Below, piece by piece: positions 12,562 through 28,220 of a stretch of 64,000 nt of DNA. Each line of letters begins with the position of its first letter. The stretch's first letter is position 1. A program made the translations under genes and the position numbers. The notes below the pieces were generated by a model. The model made no database searches. It was not told the origin of the DNA and worked only from the letters and a program-made list of their open reading frames with translations. Source of the DNA: Eledone cirrhosa (lineage: Eukaryota); the NCBI GenBank assembly GCA_964016885.1, contig OZ024744.1, positions 96,720,001 through 96,784,000 of the forward strand. The letters run 5' to 3'.

Positions 12562-12901
12562 ATTGGTGTGGATGCTTAAAGCGTCCGTATGCGGTAGGCC
12601 GTTTGAGCACTCGATACTCTTACAGAGCAGAGTATAATATCACATAAGAAACGGAGAATCAGTGGTACGACGAATTAAAATTTATTAGACATATTACAAT
12701 CGTTTCTCTGGCGACCAGATCGAGGCACGATCGATGGGATGATCGAACCTGACTCTGAAATCGAGTCCAAATTTGGAATCTCTGCTTCGAAAGTTCGAGA
12801 GTATCTGAGGATCTTGCGATTTCAGAGGTCAGGTTCGATCATTGCATCAATCGTGCCTCGAGCTGGTTGCCAGAGAAACGATTGTAATATGTCTAATAAA
12901 T
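12562..12901. mobile_element. Penelope-like terminus with ~84-bp fold-back
   Basis: Arms 12680-12763/12817-12901; starts at a (TA)n tract. Confidence 0.7.
12797..12894 (+). ncRNA. Type-I hammerhead ribozyme with extended stem II
   Basis: GUAU/AUAU stem I, CUGAGGA 12805-12811, stem II UCUuGCGAU...GUUGCcAGA, GAAA-C-GAUU-G-UA (predicted cut after 12886), then AAUAAA. Confidence 0.75.
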
Positions 12902-14012
12902 GGATTACAACCTTCGGATTCAGTAACCTACACGAAATTCACGTGGCGGACATGTAAATAACATAGTTGTCATTGACAGTTTTAGCCGTGAGTTTTCTAT
13001 ATATTCTACAGAAATTTTCACTCACTCTAATAAAACCATTTATTATTGTAACCACGTCTGCTTTTCCTTCACTCTGCCATAGGTAATTCCGGAAGCGGAG
13101 TTTTCTATATACACTTTCTGTCTATGTGACGGGATGGCCATCACGATTTACATTTGCTGTGGTATAATTGTATACGGTGTGACACTTTGGTTCGATGCCG
13201 ACTCGGCCATACAGTGAATTTCACTTGGGACGTTGGGTTGAGTGACCGAACGTGAGGACTTTGGGAGATGACAGTTATTGAGGACCTGTCGTATTTTTAA
13301 TTTGCTCACTGGAGTGCCGGCTGTACATATACCCTACCTTTCTTCAACTCATTGTACTTTATTTTATTTTAGATTTTAGGGGTTTATCGCAGACCGCCTA
13401 TGCGGATAAATCCCCTGGGTATATGTTTTGGAAACATAGTGTTATTTCGTCTAACGCTCGGAACTGGAACCAATGGATGTTGTTCGTAGGGTGCTGGTAT
13501 GATACGGAGGATCGACCTGTTACAAGGCGATATAACTGGAGTACACCATCCTTCCTATGGACAATCATACATGTAAAGCTGCACCACCGCTAACCAACTA
13601 TTCTTCTCACAGACTCATGCTTGCAAGCTCTATTAAGCTGCCTGTACATCCTGTATTTGCACTGCTTGTGCTTTGATGTATCTATGCTTTGCTTTGATTT
13701 TTTTTGTTTCTTTGTTTTTTTATTGTTTTTTTATTGTTTTTGATCATGCTGAGTAACACCTTCACTCACTCCTTGCTACCCTCTCCCAACCCCCTTATCA
13801 TCTATTGCACTATTTAAGTGATACATTTTGATGTAATTTTTTATGTAATTTTTTATGTAATTTTTTATGACATTTTATGACATTATGTGCGTCATGTATT
13901 GTGTCTTTTTCTATATAGCGCTGGCCTCGGGACCCCCCCCCTGCTGGTCCTTTAACCTTGTTCTGGTGACGCAGCTTGATGGAACATTCAACTACTGATA
14001 TACTCTTGTTTA

Positions 14013-14062
14013 TAGGCTCTGATGATTCCTGCCATAGGGTATGGATGAAACACTGTTAGCTA
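14013..14062 (+). ncRNA. Minimal hammerhead ribozyme, slightly degenerate
   Basis: UAGGCU-CUGAUGA-uUCC UGCC auag GGUA u GGAu-GAAAC-acu-G-UU-AGCUA, AAUAAA, then (TA)n about 45 nt downstream. Confidence 0.6.
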
Positions 14063-14106
14063 ATAAAACAATGTATTTCTAAGCACTCTTTTGTTATTCC
14101 TAAACT

Positions 14107-15100
<994 letters not shown>

Positions 15101-15225
15101 ATATAAATAATTAATTGATTATCGATTACAATTTGTTTACAAAACATTTGTCTCCGTTAGTGTAATTGTATGGTGTTGTATTTGTATTGCTCTTATCACA
15201 ACTAAATTCATTCTCGTTAGCATCT

Positions 15226-18200
15226 TCACCACCACCACCTCGACCACCACCACCACCACCTCGACCACCACCACCACCACCACCTCGACCACCACCACCA
15301 CCACCTCAACTAACAACACCATCACCACCACCACCACCACCACCACCACCACCACCACCACCACCACCACCACCACCACCACCACCACCACCACCACCTC
15401 GACCACCACCACCACCTCGACCACCACCACCACCACCTCAACCACCACCTCAACCAACAACACCACCACCTCAACCAACAACACCACCACCTCAACCACC
15501 ACCAACACCACCTCAACCAACACCACCACCACCTCAACCACCACCACCACCACCTCAACCAACAACACCACCACCTCAACCACCACCACCACCACCACAA
15601 CCACCACCATCACCACCTCAACCACCACCACCACCACCTCAACCACCATCACCACCAGCACAACCACCACCACCACCTCAACCACCACCACCAACACCAC
15701 AACCTCAACCAACACCACCACCACCTCATCCCAAAACACCACCACCTCCACCACCACCACCTCAACCACCACCACCAACACCACAACCTCAACCACCACC
15801 ATCACCACCTCAACCATCACCACCACCACAACCACCACCACCACCTCAACCAACAACACCACCACTTCAACCAACAACACCACCACCTCAACCACCACCA
15901 CCACCTCAACCACCACCACCACCACCTCAACCAACAACACCACCACCTCAACCACCACCACCACCACCTCAACCACCACCACCACCACAACCACCACCAC
16001 CACCTCAACCAACAACACCACCACCTCAACCACCACCACCACCACCTCAACCAACAACACCACCACCTCAACCACCACCACTACCTCAACCACCACCACC
16101 ACCACCTCAACCACCACCACCACCACCACAACCAACACCACCACCTCAACCAACAACACCACCACCACCTCAACCACCACCTCCTCAACCACCACCACCA
16201 CCACCACCTCAACCACCACCACCACCACCTCAACCACCACCTCCTCAACCACCACCACCACCTCAACCACCACCACCACCACCTCAACCAACAACACCAT
16301 CACTTCAACCACCACCACCTCAACCACCACCTCCTCAACCACCACCACCACCTCAACCACCACCACCACCACCTCAACCAACAACACAACCACCCCAACC
16401 ACCACCACCACCTCAACCACCACCACCACCACCTCAGCCACCACCACCATCACCACCTCAACCACCACCACCACCACCTCAACCAACAACACCACCACCT
16501 CAACCACCACCACTACCACCTCCACCACCACCTCAACCACCACCAGCATCACCACCTCAACCACCACCACCACCACCTCAACCACCTCCACCACCACCTC
16601 AACCACCACCACCACCACCTCAACCAACAACACCACCACCTCAACCACCACCACCACCACCTCAACCACCACCAGCATCACCACCTCAACCACCACCACC
16701 ACCACCTCAACCAACAACACCACCACCTCAACCACCACCACCACCACCTCAACCACCACCACCACCACCACCTCAACCAACAACACCACCACCTCAACCA
16801 CCACCACCACCTCAACCACCTCCACCACCACCACCACCTCAACCACCACCACCATCACCACCTCAACCACCACCACCACCACCTCAACCACCACCACCAC
16901 CACCACCTCAACCACCACCACCACCACCTCAACCACCACCTCAACCAACAACACCACCACCTCAACCACCACCACCACCTCAACCACCACCACCACCCAC
17001 CTCAACCAACAACACCACCACCTCAACCACCACCACCATCACCACCTCAACCACCACCACCATCACCACCTCAACCACCACCACCACCACCACCTCAACC
17101 ACCACCACCACCACCTCAACCACCACCACCACCACCACCTCAACCACCACCACCACCACCTAAACCAACAACACCACCACCTCAACCACCATCACCACCA
17201 CCTCAACCACCACCACCACCACCTCAACCACCACCACCACCTCAACCACCACCACCACCACCTCAACCAACAACACCACCACCTCAACCAACAACACCAC
17301 CACCTCAACCACCACCACCACCTCAACCACCTCCACCACCACCACCACAACCTCAACCACCACCACCATCACCACCTCAACCACCACCACCACCTCAACC
17401 ACCTCCACCACCACCACCACCTCAACCACCACCACCATCACCACCTCAACCACCACCACCACCTCAACAAACAACACCACCACCTCAACCAACAACACCA
17501 CCACCTCAACCACCACCACCACCTCCACCACCACCACCACCACCACCTCAACCACCACCTCCTCAACCACCACCACCACCACCACAACCACCACCACCAC
17601 CCCAACCAACAACACCACCACTTCAACCAACAACACCATCACCACCTCAACCACCACCACCACCACCACCTCCACCACCACCACCACCACCTCCACCACC
17701 ACCACCACCACCACCACCTCAACCACCACCACCATCACCACCTCAACCACCACCACCTCAACCAACAACACCACCACCTCAACCACCACCACCACCTCAA
17801 CCACCACCACCATCACCACCTCAACCACCACCACCACCACCTCAACCAACAACACCACCACCTCAACCACCACCACCACCACCTCAACCACCACCACCAC
17901 CTCAACCACCACCACCACCTCAACCACCACCACCATCACCACCTCAACCACCACCACCTCAACCAACAACACCACCACCTCAACCACCACCACCACCACC
18001 TCAACCACCACCACCATCACCACCTCAACCACCACCACCACCACCTCAACCAACAACACCACCACCTCAACCACCACCACCACCTCAACCAACACCACCA
18101 CCACCTCAACCACCACCACCACCACCTCAACCACCACCACCACCTCAACCACCACCACCACCTCAACCACCAACACCACCACCACCACCACCACCACCTC

Positions 18201-19581
18201 AACCACCACCACCACCACCTCAACCACCACCACCACCTCAACCACCACCTCCTCAACCACCACCACCACCACCTCAACCACCACCACCACCTCAACCACC
18301 ACAACCACCACCTCAACCAACAACACCACCACCTCAACCAACAACACCACCACCTCAACCACCACCACCTCAACCACCTCCACCACCACCACCACAACCT
18401 CAACCACCACCACCATCACCACCTCAACCATCACCACCACCACCTCAACCACCACCACCACCACCACCACCTCAACCACCACCACCACCACCACCTCAAC
18501 CACCACCACCACCTCAACCAACAACACCACCACATCAACCACCACCACCATCACCACCTCAACCACCACCACCATCACCACCTCAACCACCACCACCACC
18601 ACCACCTCAACCACCACCACCACCACCTCAACCACCACCACCACCACCACCTCAACCACCACCACCACCACCTAAACCAACAACACCACCACCTCAACCA
18701 CCACCACCACCACCTCAACCACCACCACCACCACTTCAACCAACAACACCCCCACCTCAACCAAAAACACCCCCACCTAAACCAACAACACCACCACCTC
18801 AACCAACAACACCACCTCAACCACCACCACCACCTCAACCACCACCACCACCACCACCTCAACCAACAGCACCACCACCTCAACCAACAACACAACCACC
18901 TCAACCACCACCACCACCATCTCAACCACCACCACCACCTCAACCACCAACACCACTACGAACACTACAATCACCAACACCAACACCACCACCAACACGA
19001 CAATCACCAGCACCTCAACCAGCACCAACACCACCACCAACACCACCATCGCCACCACCAACAGCACCACCACCACCTCAACCACCACCACCACCACCAC
19101 CACCACCACATCAACCAACACCAACACCACCGCCACCACCACCACCACCACCAACACCACCACCTCAACCAACACCACCACCACCATCACCACCAACACC
19201 AACACCACCACCACCACCACCAACACCAACACCACCACCACCACCAACAACAACTAACAACAATGTCACCACCACCACCATCACCACCAACACCACCACC
19301 ACCACCACCAACACCAACACCATCACCACCAACAACAACAACTAACAACAATGTCACCACCACCACCATCACCACCAACACCACCACCACCACCAACAAC
19401 AACAACTAACAACAATGTCACCACCATCACCACCACTACAATCACCATCTCAACCAACACCATTATGACTACGATCATCATCATCACGACCACTACTACC
19501 AACACCAACAACAACAGCTTCATCATCATGGCCAAGACTAACTCCAACACCACCACCACCATCATTACCACCACCACCACG

Positions 19582-19612
<31 letters not shown>

Positions 19613-20396
19613 CCTTCATCATCCCCCCCCCCCCCCATCACAATCTCAACCAACACCGACACCCACACCATCACAACTATAACTACCATGTCTATTACCA
19701 CCGCTGCTAGTATCACCACCACCACCACCGCCGCGTCCAACACCACCCTCACCTTCACCACGACCCCCACGACCACCACCACCACCACCACCTCCACTAG
19801 AACCACCACCACTGCCAACAACAACACCACCATCACCACCAACAACAACACCACCATCATCACCAACAACAACACTACCATCACCAACAACAACAAGGCA
19901 CCACCTCAAACAACAACATCCCCCCCCCCCCACCACCACCACCACCACCTCCACTAGAACCACCACCACTGCCAACAACAACACCACCATCACCACCAAC
20001 AACAACACCGCCATCATCACCAACAACAACACTACCATCACCAACAACAACAAGGCACCACCTCAAACAACAACATCTCCCCCCCCCACCACCACCACCA
20101 CCTCCACTAGAACCACCACCACTGCCAACAACAACACCACCATCACCACCAACAACAACACCGCCATCATCACCAACAACAACACTACCATCACCAACAA
20201 CAACAAGGCACCACCTCAAACAACAACATCCCCCCCCCCCCCACCACCACCACCACCACCTCCACTAGAACCACCACCACTGCCAACAACAACACCACCA
20301 TCACCACCAACAACAACACCGCCATCATCACCAACAACAACACTACCATCACCAACAACAACAAGGTACCACCTCAAACAACAACATCCCCCCACC

Positions 20397-20427
<31 letters not shown>

Positions 20428-20695
20428 CCATCACAATGTCAACCACCACCAATACCAATACCAACACCACGACTATGATCACCATCTCTATTACCACCAC
20501 TGCTACTATCACCAACGCCAACGCCACCACCATCACCACCACTACCACCACCTCCACAAACCACTACCAACACCACCACCACTACCACCCTCACCACAAC
20601 CACCACTACCACTAACAAGGACAGCTACAAAAACACCACAAGAACGTCAACGCCAATACCACCATCACCACCATCACCACCACCATCATCACCCT
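15226..20695. repeat. 5.5-kb cryptic (CCA)n/CCTCAA satellite, with ~160-bp units at 19790-20400
   Basis: Direct inspection; source of the poly-P/T/V ORFs. Confidence 0.92.
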
Positions 20696-20980
20696 CGACG
20701 GGATTTGAAAATAGATCGTAAAGGGACGTAACTCTATGCCACAAAGCATGTTGTCTGACGCTCTACTGATTCTGCCAATCCACCAATAATAATTGTTTCT
20801 ACATTAGGCACACAGCCAGCAAATTACCCCAGTGCATTACTGGTACTTTATTTTTATCGACCCCGTAAGGATGAAAGACAAAGTTTAACCTCTGTGGGAT
20901 TTGAACTCAGACCATAAAGGGCCGTAACTCTATGCTGCAAAGCATGGCGTCCGACCTTCTACCGATACTGCCAATCCACC
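20695..20980 (-). mobile_element. Two tandem SINE copies
   Basis: Family consensus match. Confidence 0.8.
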
Positions 20981-21236
20981 ATAATGAAAAATAATACATT
21001 AAACACCATGTCTACATGACACATAGTTTTGCTGATACAAACAAAAGAGGGAATTATAAAAATTAAACCCATCTCGATGATTCCTTTAAAAAACATGATG
21101 GAGAGAATCGGTCTCGGTCGGGTACTCTGAGGATGGTATGTGAAGATACTTAACGATCGTTTGTATAGGAACGGCCGCAAGTTAGATGCTTACAAATGAT
21201 AAACAACTAGCAACAAAACATTATAACATATATAAG

Positions 21237-21420
21237 GGCGGTGGATTGGCAGTATCGGTAGAGAGTAGGACGCCATGCTTTCCAGCATAGTTACGTCCCT
21301 TTACAGTCTGAGTTCAAATCCCGCCGCGGTTTACTTTGCCTTTCATCCTTACGGGGTCGATAAAATAAAGTACCAGTAATGCACTGGGTCATTGCTGGCC
21401 TTGTGCCTAAAGTAGAAAGG
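21237..21420 (+). mobile_element. tRNA-derived SINE (dominant family)
   Basis: Family consensus match. Confidence 0.88.
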
Positions 21421-22038
21421 GCTTTAACCAGAAGTGGAAATTTTAAAGAAGTGAATCTTAAAATAAGCAATACTTTATATATAAGAATATTTATGCTTAA
21501 TCAACAGCTACGAAATTTAGTAGAGAAATTACATAATATTCATTCATAATATTAATCCAACTTATTTTACTAACGGGATAACAAATATAAAACGGACGCT
21601 GTTCCACATTTCACCCTTTATTATATTATAGATTTACCAAGAGAAATCGCCAACAGAGGTAAACAAAAACGAAAAATGAACACTAATATATTCGATTAAG
21701 AAATTGAAATCGGAGAATTAAATCTCAAACACAGATATACAAACATAGAAATGATCGGAATATTATACAAACATTACAATAGAACTTTATATAAGAGTAA
21801 AGGCTAAAATAAGGTAATAAGGACCAATAATCTAACTGTCTCGGTAATGAGTTAGATATATATTCTTAATTGAATGCTAAACGAAAGAAGTAGACTAAGC
21901 AGACATCCCACCAATCTAAACCCATAAAAAAGGGATTATTTAGAATACACGGTAAAATATGTGGTAAATATGGTGCCATTAAGTTAGACATGGCCTGGCC
22001 GAAACCTATCAAAGTTATCAAAGTTATCAAAGAAAATG

Positions 22039-22069
<31 letters not shown>

Positions 22070-22070
<1 letters not shown>

Positions 22071-22322
22071 CATTTTCCGTAGTGTTGTAATAAAACATTA
22101 CACACAGTAGATGGACAGCTCACGTAGGCTTTGCTCGACGGTTCCAGTTGTAGTTTCAAAAGTAATCCGGAGATGAAATGATAGTTGAAAATAACATTGA
22201 AATATTGAGTGTCTGCATAATTAATACTTTGTAGATAGCAGCTGTTTTCAGGTTATATAACTGTTATTGAAACACGTGTCAGTAAATTCCTTTTACTGAA
22301 CTGTATCCATTTAAATCCTTCT
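22070..22322 (+). mobile_element. Penelope-like terminus with degenerate long-stem-II hammerhead
   Basis: gaGAUGA-AAUGAUAGUUG...UAACUGUUAUU-GAAAC-ACGU-G-UC; 3' part repeated at 12111-12176; lies between (TA)n tracts. Confidence 0.55.
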
Positions 22323-22347
22323 ATATATATATATATAAATGTAAATA

Positions 22348-22630
22348 TTCGGCAAGGCCAGTCGTAACTCGCTCGGTATTTCAAATGAGGCTACTCAGCC
22401 AATATGTACTTAAGAAGATACTCTATATTTTCAACCGTTCAACAGACTGGCAGAGGTATACAGTCCTGATGAAGGGTAATGACCCAAAAACATGTTGAAT
22501 GTTCCTCAAAGCCAGTGTTGAACAAACAGGTGACGATAAGTCATCGGTACGGCACAGTTTAAATGGGCCATTTGTTTACACACGAATCGAACATTATTGT
22601 TAATGTTCGATATGACCTATACGTACATAT
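22348..22630 (+). mobile_element. Penelope-like terminus with mutated hammerhead (22460-22502)
   Basis: ACAGUC-CUGAUGA-aGGGU aaug ACCC-aAAAC AUG UU-GAAUGU; tail homologous to 1939-2076, which retains GAAACAUGUUGAUUGU. Confidence 0.6.
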
Positions 22631-22631
22631 G

Positions 22632-22662
<31 letters not shown>

Positions 22663-22663
22663 G

Positions 22664-22747
<84 letters not shown>

Positions 22748-22834
22748 TGTGTATGTGTGCATACCCATATTTATGATTCAGCTGTGCTTGGGCAAGAAAT
22801 AAAATTCTAATTTTATGCTATACACACACACACA

Positions 22835-23003
<169 letters not shown>

Positions 23004-23007
23004 TATA

Positions 23008-23194
23008 GTTTCTACTGTTGGCACAAGGTCAGCAATTACCCCAGTACATCACTGGTACTTTATTTTATCGACCCTTTAAGGATGAAAGGCAAAGCTAACC
23101 TCAGTAGGATTTGAACTCAGAACATAAAGGCCCATAACTCTATGCTGCACAGTATGGTGTCTGACGCTCTACCGATTCTGCCAAACCTCCGCCC
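23008..23194 (-). mobile_element. tRNA-derived SINE
   Basis: Family consensus match. Confidence 0.85.
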
Positions 23195-23514
23195 TATATA
23201 TATTATATACCACGAATCCAGGATAGCAGAGGCCTTATGAAAAAATATTCACATTACTCATAGAAAAGTATTGGGGAGTTAATAGAAATAGCTCTGGAAT
23301 AGCAATATACATATTAATGTAGCTATTGTTTATTTAATAATATACAGGATGTTTATGAAAAACATGGAAGGCCTTTCGTTATGAATTTTAAAGGTTGTTA
23401 CGATTGGCACATACCTAGATTCTGCAAAAGCAGGCGGAAGTAATTGACGATGCCACCGTTTCTGAGTTAATGGTTACCAAGACTACATATCTCCCTGCTT
23501 TTCCTAGTCTTTAA

Positions 23515-23955
23515 CCCTTTAGCATTTACATTACTATATATATATATATATATACTATTGTATTTTCATGGTAAAGGCTTTATCTTACATAATTATCTCA
23601 CATAATATTGAATCTACGAGATTTTGATATTATCTATTTTGAAAACAATACCTTAATATAAGTATGAGTGGCTGGTTATGGCCGGGTTTGAAGAGAAAGA
23701 GATGAGAGAATTCTGGCCAGATACAGCCAGTTTAACCTTTTAATATTTACATTACTCTATATATACTATTGTATTTTCATGGTAAAGGCTTTACCTCACA
23801 TGATATCTCACACAATATTGAATCTATGAGATTTTGATAATATCTATGTTGAGAACAATATTTTAACATCAGTATGAGTGGCTGGTTATAGCCGGTTTGA
23901 AGAGAAAGAGGTGAGATAATTCTGTCCGAATATGACCGGTTTAAATGCTAAAGGG
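23515..23955. mobile_element. piggyBac-like MITE (internally dimeric)
   Basis: TTAA-ccctttagcattta ... taaatgctaaaggg-TTAA; two ~220-bp tandem units. Confidence 0.85.
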
Positions 23956-24214
23956 TTAAGGAAGCCAACAAATACGAAACAGGGACTGAAATAACTGATA
24001 GTTATGATGAAATTAATGAAAAAAAAAGAGAAAATTCCTCAAAAGGGCTAAAAACGGGTTCAGGAAAGGCCAAAATAAAATGATTTTAAGAGAAGCTACT
24101 ACATGACCAGTACAAGAAAGAAGTGAAGAGAGAGGAAATATATAAGGAAAATTTGCACACCTGATTGAAAAGTGTAGAAGTTAAAACTAAAGCGGATGAA
24201 TTGTTGATTGTTAC

Positions 24215-24500
24215 ACTAGATGAAGATCTCCCTCTCCATAATCCAACAAAAGCAGCCAACGAAGCAGAACGTAGAGAGATAAAAAAAAACGAAAACAAAT
24301 AACTACATTGTTTCTGGCTGTCCAATCATAGCCACGAGATCTTAAACGTAGTTGGACCCCGTACTACTGAGCTCCTCCGCAACATCGGAACGGCAGCAGC
24401 CTATGTGAGGAAGGATCCCCATGATGTGGGGTGGCTGTTCGCATGAATGCTTTTGTAGTATTGTTTGCTGGGCGCAGCATCAACACACTGCGGCGCAGCT
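24215..24500 (+). mobile_element. CRE-clade-like RLE retrotransposon 3' fragment
   Basis: AANEAERR... and VVGPRTTELLRNIG...VGWLF, similar to the 47991 fragment. Confidence 0.5.
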
Positions 24501-25196
24501 CTAGAGCCTATCATCCTCCACCTTCTCCTATTCTACTCTGATCCTAGAACCACTGCCTTGCCTTTCCCTTCCTTTGTCCTTTTTCATAACCACGAAAGAC
24601 ACTTGCATATTTTACAAGAAAGAATATATCTCCAGATATAACAGATATTAACAAACGCAGGAATTTATGCCAGCATTGTGATACACAAATAGAAAAGAGA
24701 TGATATAGATATACACCAGAAATGACAAAGCAAGATTACTGTGAGAGGAGGATTAAGGCTAATTGACCAGATAAAGGCAATTAGGATGCGAGATGTCTCT
24801 TAATCGATATATTAAACTCAAAAGATAACATAATGAGAAATAGAGAAATTATCCTCATACAAAGCTTTGTAAATGGAGATAACCCGAATATAAGCGTTGA
24901 AAACAGAAAGAATCCCTATAATAATAGGTGTCTTGTCTTGGTAATGACGGAAAAGCATGAACATACATAATCAAAACCCCAGGACTTACATATATACACA
25001 GCATACATAAATTTGTACTACTGGCAACTGCACACATATTACATACAGTACTTTCAATACCTATACGGTGTATGCAGAATGTTGAAGCTGTAATTACCAG
25101 GGATATTTTAGGGGGCTGTGTGTAACGTTGTGAATCTTGATATGACTTCCGTGTTTTGTTCATATATTTTTTACTATACCTTTTTTTACCATAAAT

Positions 25197-25457
25197 CAGG
25201 CATATACAACCTTTTTCGAGATGCGGGCCGCATGACATATGGCTCATCATCATGAGGGCCACAAGCGCTAATTTACATTCGTGCCCACATAAAAAAAGGG
25301 CGGTAACTCAGGTTGTTTTGATTTGTTTCTTCAGAATTCGTACACGTTGTTTTCCGCGATCGTAAAAATGATAGAAAGATGAATTACGACTGAAAAGTTG
25401 GGGTAAAAAAATCAGAAAGATTTAACTTAGGTGACTTAGGCAGGTTGCCCATGACTG
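25197..25457. mobile_element. hAT-like MITE, second copy
   Basis: Close similarity to 6420-6709; degenerate 8-bp TSD ccataaat/acataaag. Confidence 0.8.
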
Positions 25458-25459
25458 AC

Positions 25460-26030
25460 ATAAAGCAATCGACATTAAGAGGTATGAACAAATGATAGAT
25501 CAATATAAGATCAACAGAATGTTGATAAAACGGGATCAAAAAACGGTTTACCAACAGCTGAATATGTTGAACGTAAGCAACAATGAAAAACTGGCTGCTG
25601 AAGAGAGTAAGATATTCTGGGATAGTAATGAAGGCCATAAGAAAGAAGCTGAGTGGTTGAAGGAATTAAGAGCCGATAACGAGGGAATAAAACAGGAAAA
25701 TGTAACAATAAGTACTGAGATGGTGACAAAACAAGTAAAAAGGATTACCAACCGAAAAACTCTCAAATCCAATGTTGTACATTGGTATTGGTTGTAAAAT
25801 CTGACTTCATTACATAAGAGAATAGCTTTACATATAAAAGATATGATTAACAATGGTGTGGAGATCTCAAAATGGATGGCCACGGGAAAGACAGTAGTGT
25901 GCGAAAAGCATCCTGCAAAAGAAAATGCTGTTGACAATTATAGACCGATCTTAGGCCTACCCCTTACGTGGAAGCTAAGGAGAGGAATCATATCCGAACA
26001 TTCATATGAAATCCTTGAAGCCAACGAGAA
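25460..26030 (+). mobile_element. Degenerate R4/Dong LINE fragment
   Basis: QYKINRM...QKTVYQQL; WMATGKTV...DNYRPILGLPLTWKL, homologous to the 54569 ORF. Confidence 0.8.
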
Positions 26031-27239
26031 ACAATTCTACATTTCATGAAATGATTTTTTTGCATTATTTTCATACAGGGAGTAATTTAAAGTAAGTCTT
26101 CATATACAGGGTTCAGACGAAACAATTAGGTCTTTGACTGAGAGAAATATTTTTATCTATCATGGTTACATACTTAAACAAATGGTAAAGCAGAACCATA
26201 GAAAATGGACGTTTTGCCAGGAATTTTAAAAACGAAAATTTAAATATTTTGTAGCAAAATTCATGCACTTTGATACAGGAAATTACTGTAAAGATAGTGA
26301 TGGACTTGACATTAACAACATCACAAACAACATTCATACATAGACGATAGATATTTTGAGTGGAGAACCAGTTTCGTATTTTGCAAATACAACTTGTAAC
26401 AAAGAAACTTTGGATACGAAATATGCAGATGAAAGGAACTATATTGCACCATTCCTGTGACAAAAAAAAAACAACAACTAAAAAAAACGTGCTTTTTAAC
26501 CTAAAGTAGTCACTCAGGCGTGAGAGAGAAGGAAAGCAAAGGAAGGCAACATGCCAATGCATTGCCCACTCCACAGGCTATTTCCTTGTTCCCTTCAAAT
26601 ACAGTTGGAAACAGACTACGCTGATATATGGAGTGAGATCAATATTAGGTGAGGAAGTACATATAGTGTTCCATGTTAAAATATTTTTTTAAGTGAAATG
26701 TGAAGACACAAACTTTGTTAGAGCTTAACACATCTGCCCATAGACTACTAATCCTACAGAATTTGGAACGAAGAAATGCGATTATCACCATTAAAAGACA
26801 ATGGTGACGACGTTGATCCCTGGATAGTAGTCACCTTCGTAGAACAGTATGAGCAGGTAGACAGCTCTGATGTGAATTTGGCAATATGCGGTTAAGCGAG
26901 GTCTCTATTGATATACAAGTTCTAGTCACCCCCCTCACGGCCAAGCTGTTGTGAGTATATCAGTTGTTTCATTTGGCTTTCTTTAACAAATGAAACTACG
27001 TGGGGAAATTGTTTTTTTACGCAGAACTTCTAAATAGAGATGTAGTTATTTAATTATTTATATCAATTCTTCCTAGTTTTGGTGGAAATATACTTTAATT
27101 TGCGAAGAAAATTATGTTTTCTATTGCAACTCGTAAACAAACAAAATTGCTTTAGCTTTTTAAAAAAATGTCATCTCAGAAAATTCGAACGAAAATGAAA
27201 CATATTTTTGTAAACAGTAGACAGAAAGAAAGACAAAAA

Positions 27240-27270
<31 letters not shown>

Positions 27271-27394
27271 TAACAAAGCTAAAAAATATTTATTACAAAA
27301 GATAATAAAAAAACAATAGTTTTATGACAGAAACCACTCGCATTGAAGTAGACACTCATACACAAACAACAACAACAATAGAGGGAGAAGGGGT

Positions 27395-27940
27395 AGGGTG
27401 AAACAGAGGGGGATGAGAGAGAGAGAGAGAGAGGGGGTGGGGTGGAGGAGAGAGTGACGCAAATACACTTTGTTCATTTGTTCAGTGTGACAATAATATA
27501 CAATCAGGTTTTGACTAGCGAATGAATGAGTGTAGAAAAAGGGGAAAGCGTTTACAGTCTACTGTCTTTCGTTGAAGCTAACTCAAACAGACGGGACCCC
27601 CCCCCCCCCCCTAGATGAGTGTTAATTGGCGGAGAAGAGAGTGACTGACTGTCATGGGTGGAGAGGGGGGGAATGACAGAGAGAGGGAGAGAGAGAGAGA
27701 GAGAAAGGGAGAGAGAGAGAGATAGGGAGAGAGAGAGGGAGAGAGAGAGATAGGGAGAGAGAGAGGGAGAGAGAGAGAGAGGGGGAGAGAGTGAGAGGAA
27801 ATAGGGAGAGAGAGGGGGAGAGAGAGGGAGGGAGAGAGAGAGAGTGTATGTGTGTGGATGTGAGAGAGAGAGAGAGAAAGAGAGAGAGGGGGAGGGAGAG
27901 AGAGAGTGTGTGTGTGAGAGAGAGTGGTTTGAGATAGGGA
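27395..27940. repeat. (GA)n-rich purine tracts
   Basis: Direct inspection. Confidence 0.8.
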
Positions 27941-28220
27941 AATTGTATCAATATTGAACTGTAATGAAAAAGAAGGAGAATAACTTAAGGCTGCATCTCG
28001 AAAGACTCAAATGTCCTCCGTTTGGTAAGCAAGAAACTATGATATATATATATACATCCTTTTTATTATTTTTATTTTTTTCACGGTCTGATCAAACCTG
28101 TATATGAGATCTGATAGTATACAGTTATATAACTGCTATAGATCAGACAACATGTCAATATGATCAACCCTCCGAAACGATCGTAAAACAATGATATGAA
28201 TAGGTAAAATAACGCGACTT

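Noticed and set aside
15166-17163. 665-aa extensin-like ORF with an apparent signal peptide
   Set aside because: Starts at TTG, not ATG; the body is (CCA)n satellite that lacks stops by composition and slips from Pro to Thr frame
21000-21140. Plus-strand exon ending at GTATGT
   Set aside because: In-frame stop shortly upstream, no clear acceptor and no recognisable homology
26100-26950. Possible decayed DNA transposase (also 7200-7830)
   Set aside because: No motif or TIR I could identify with confidence
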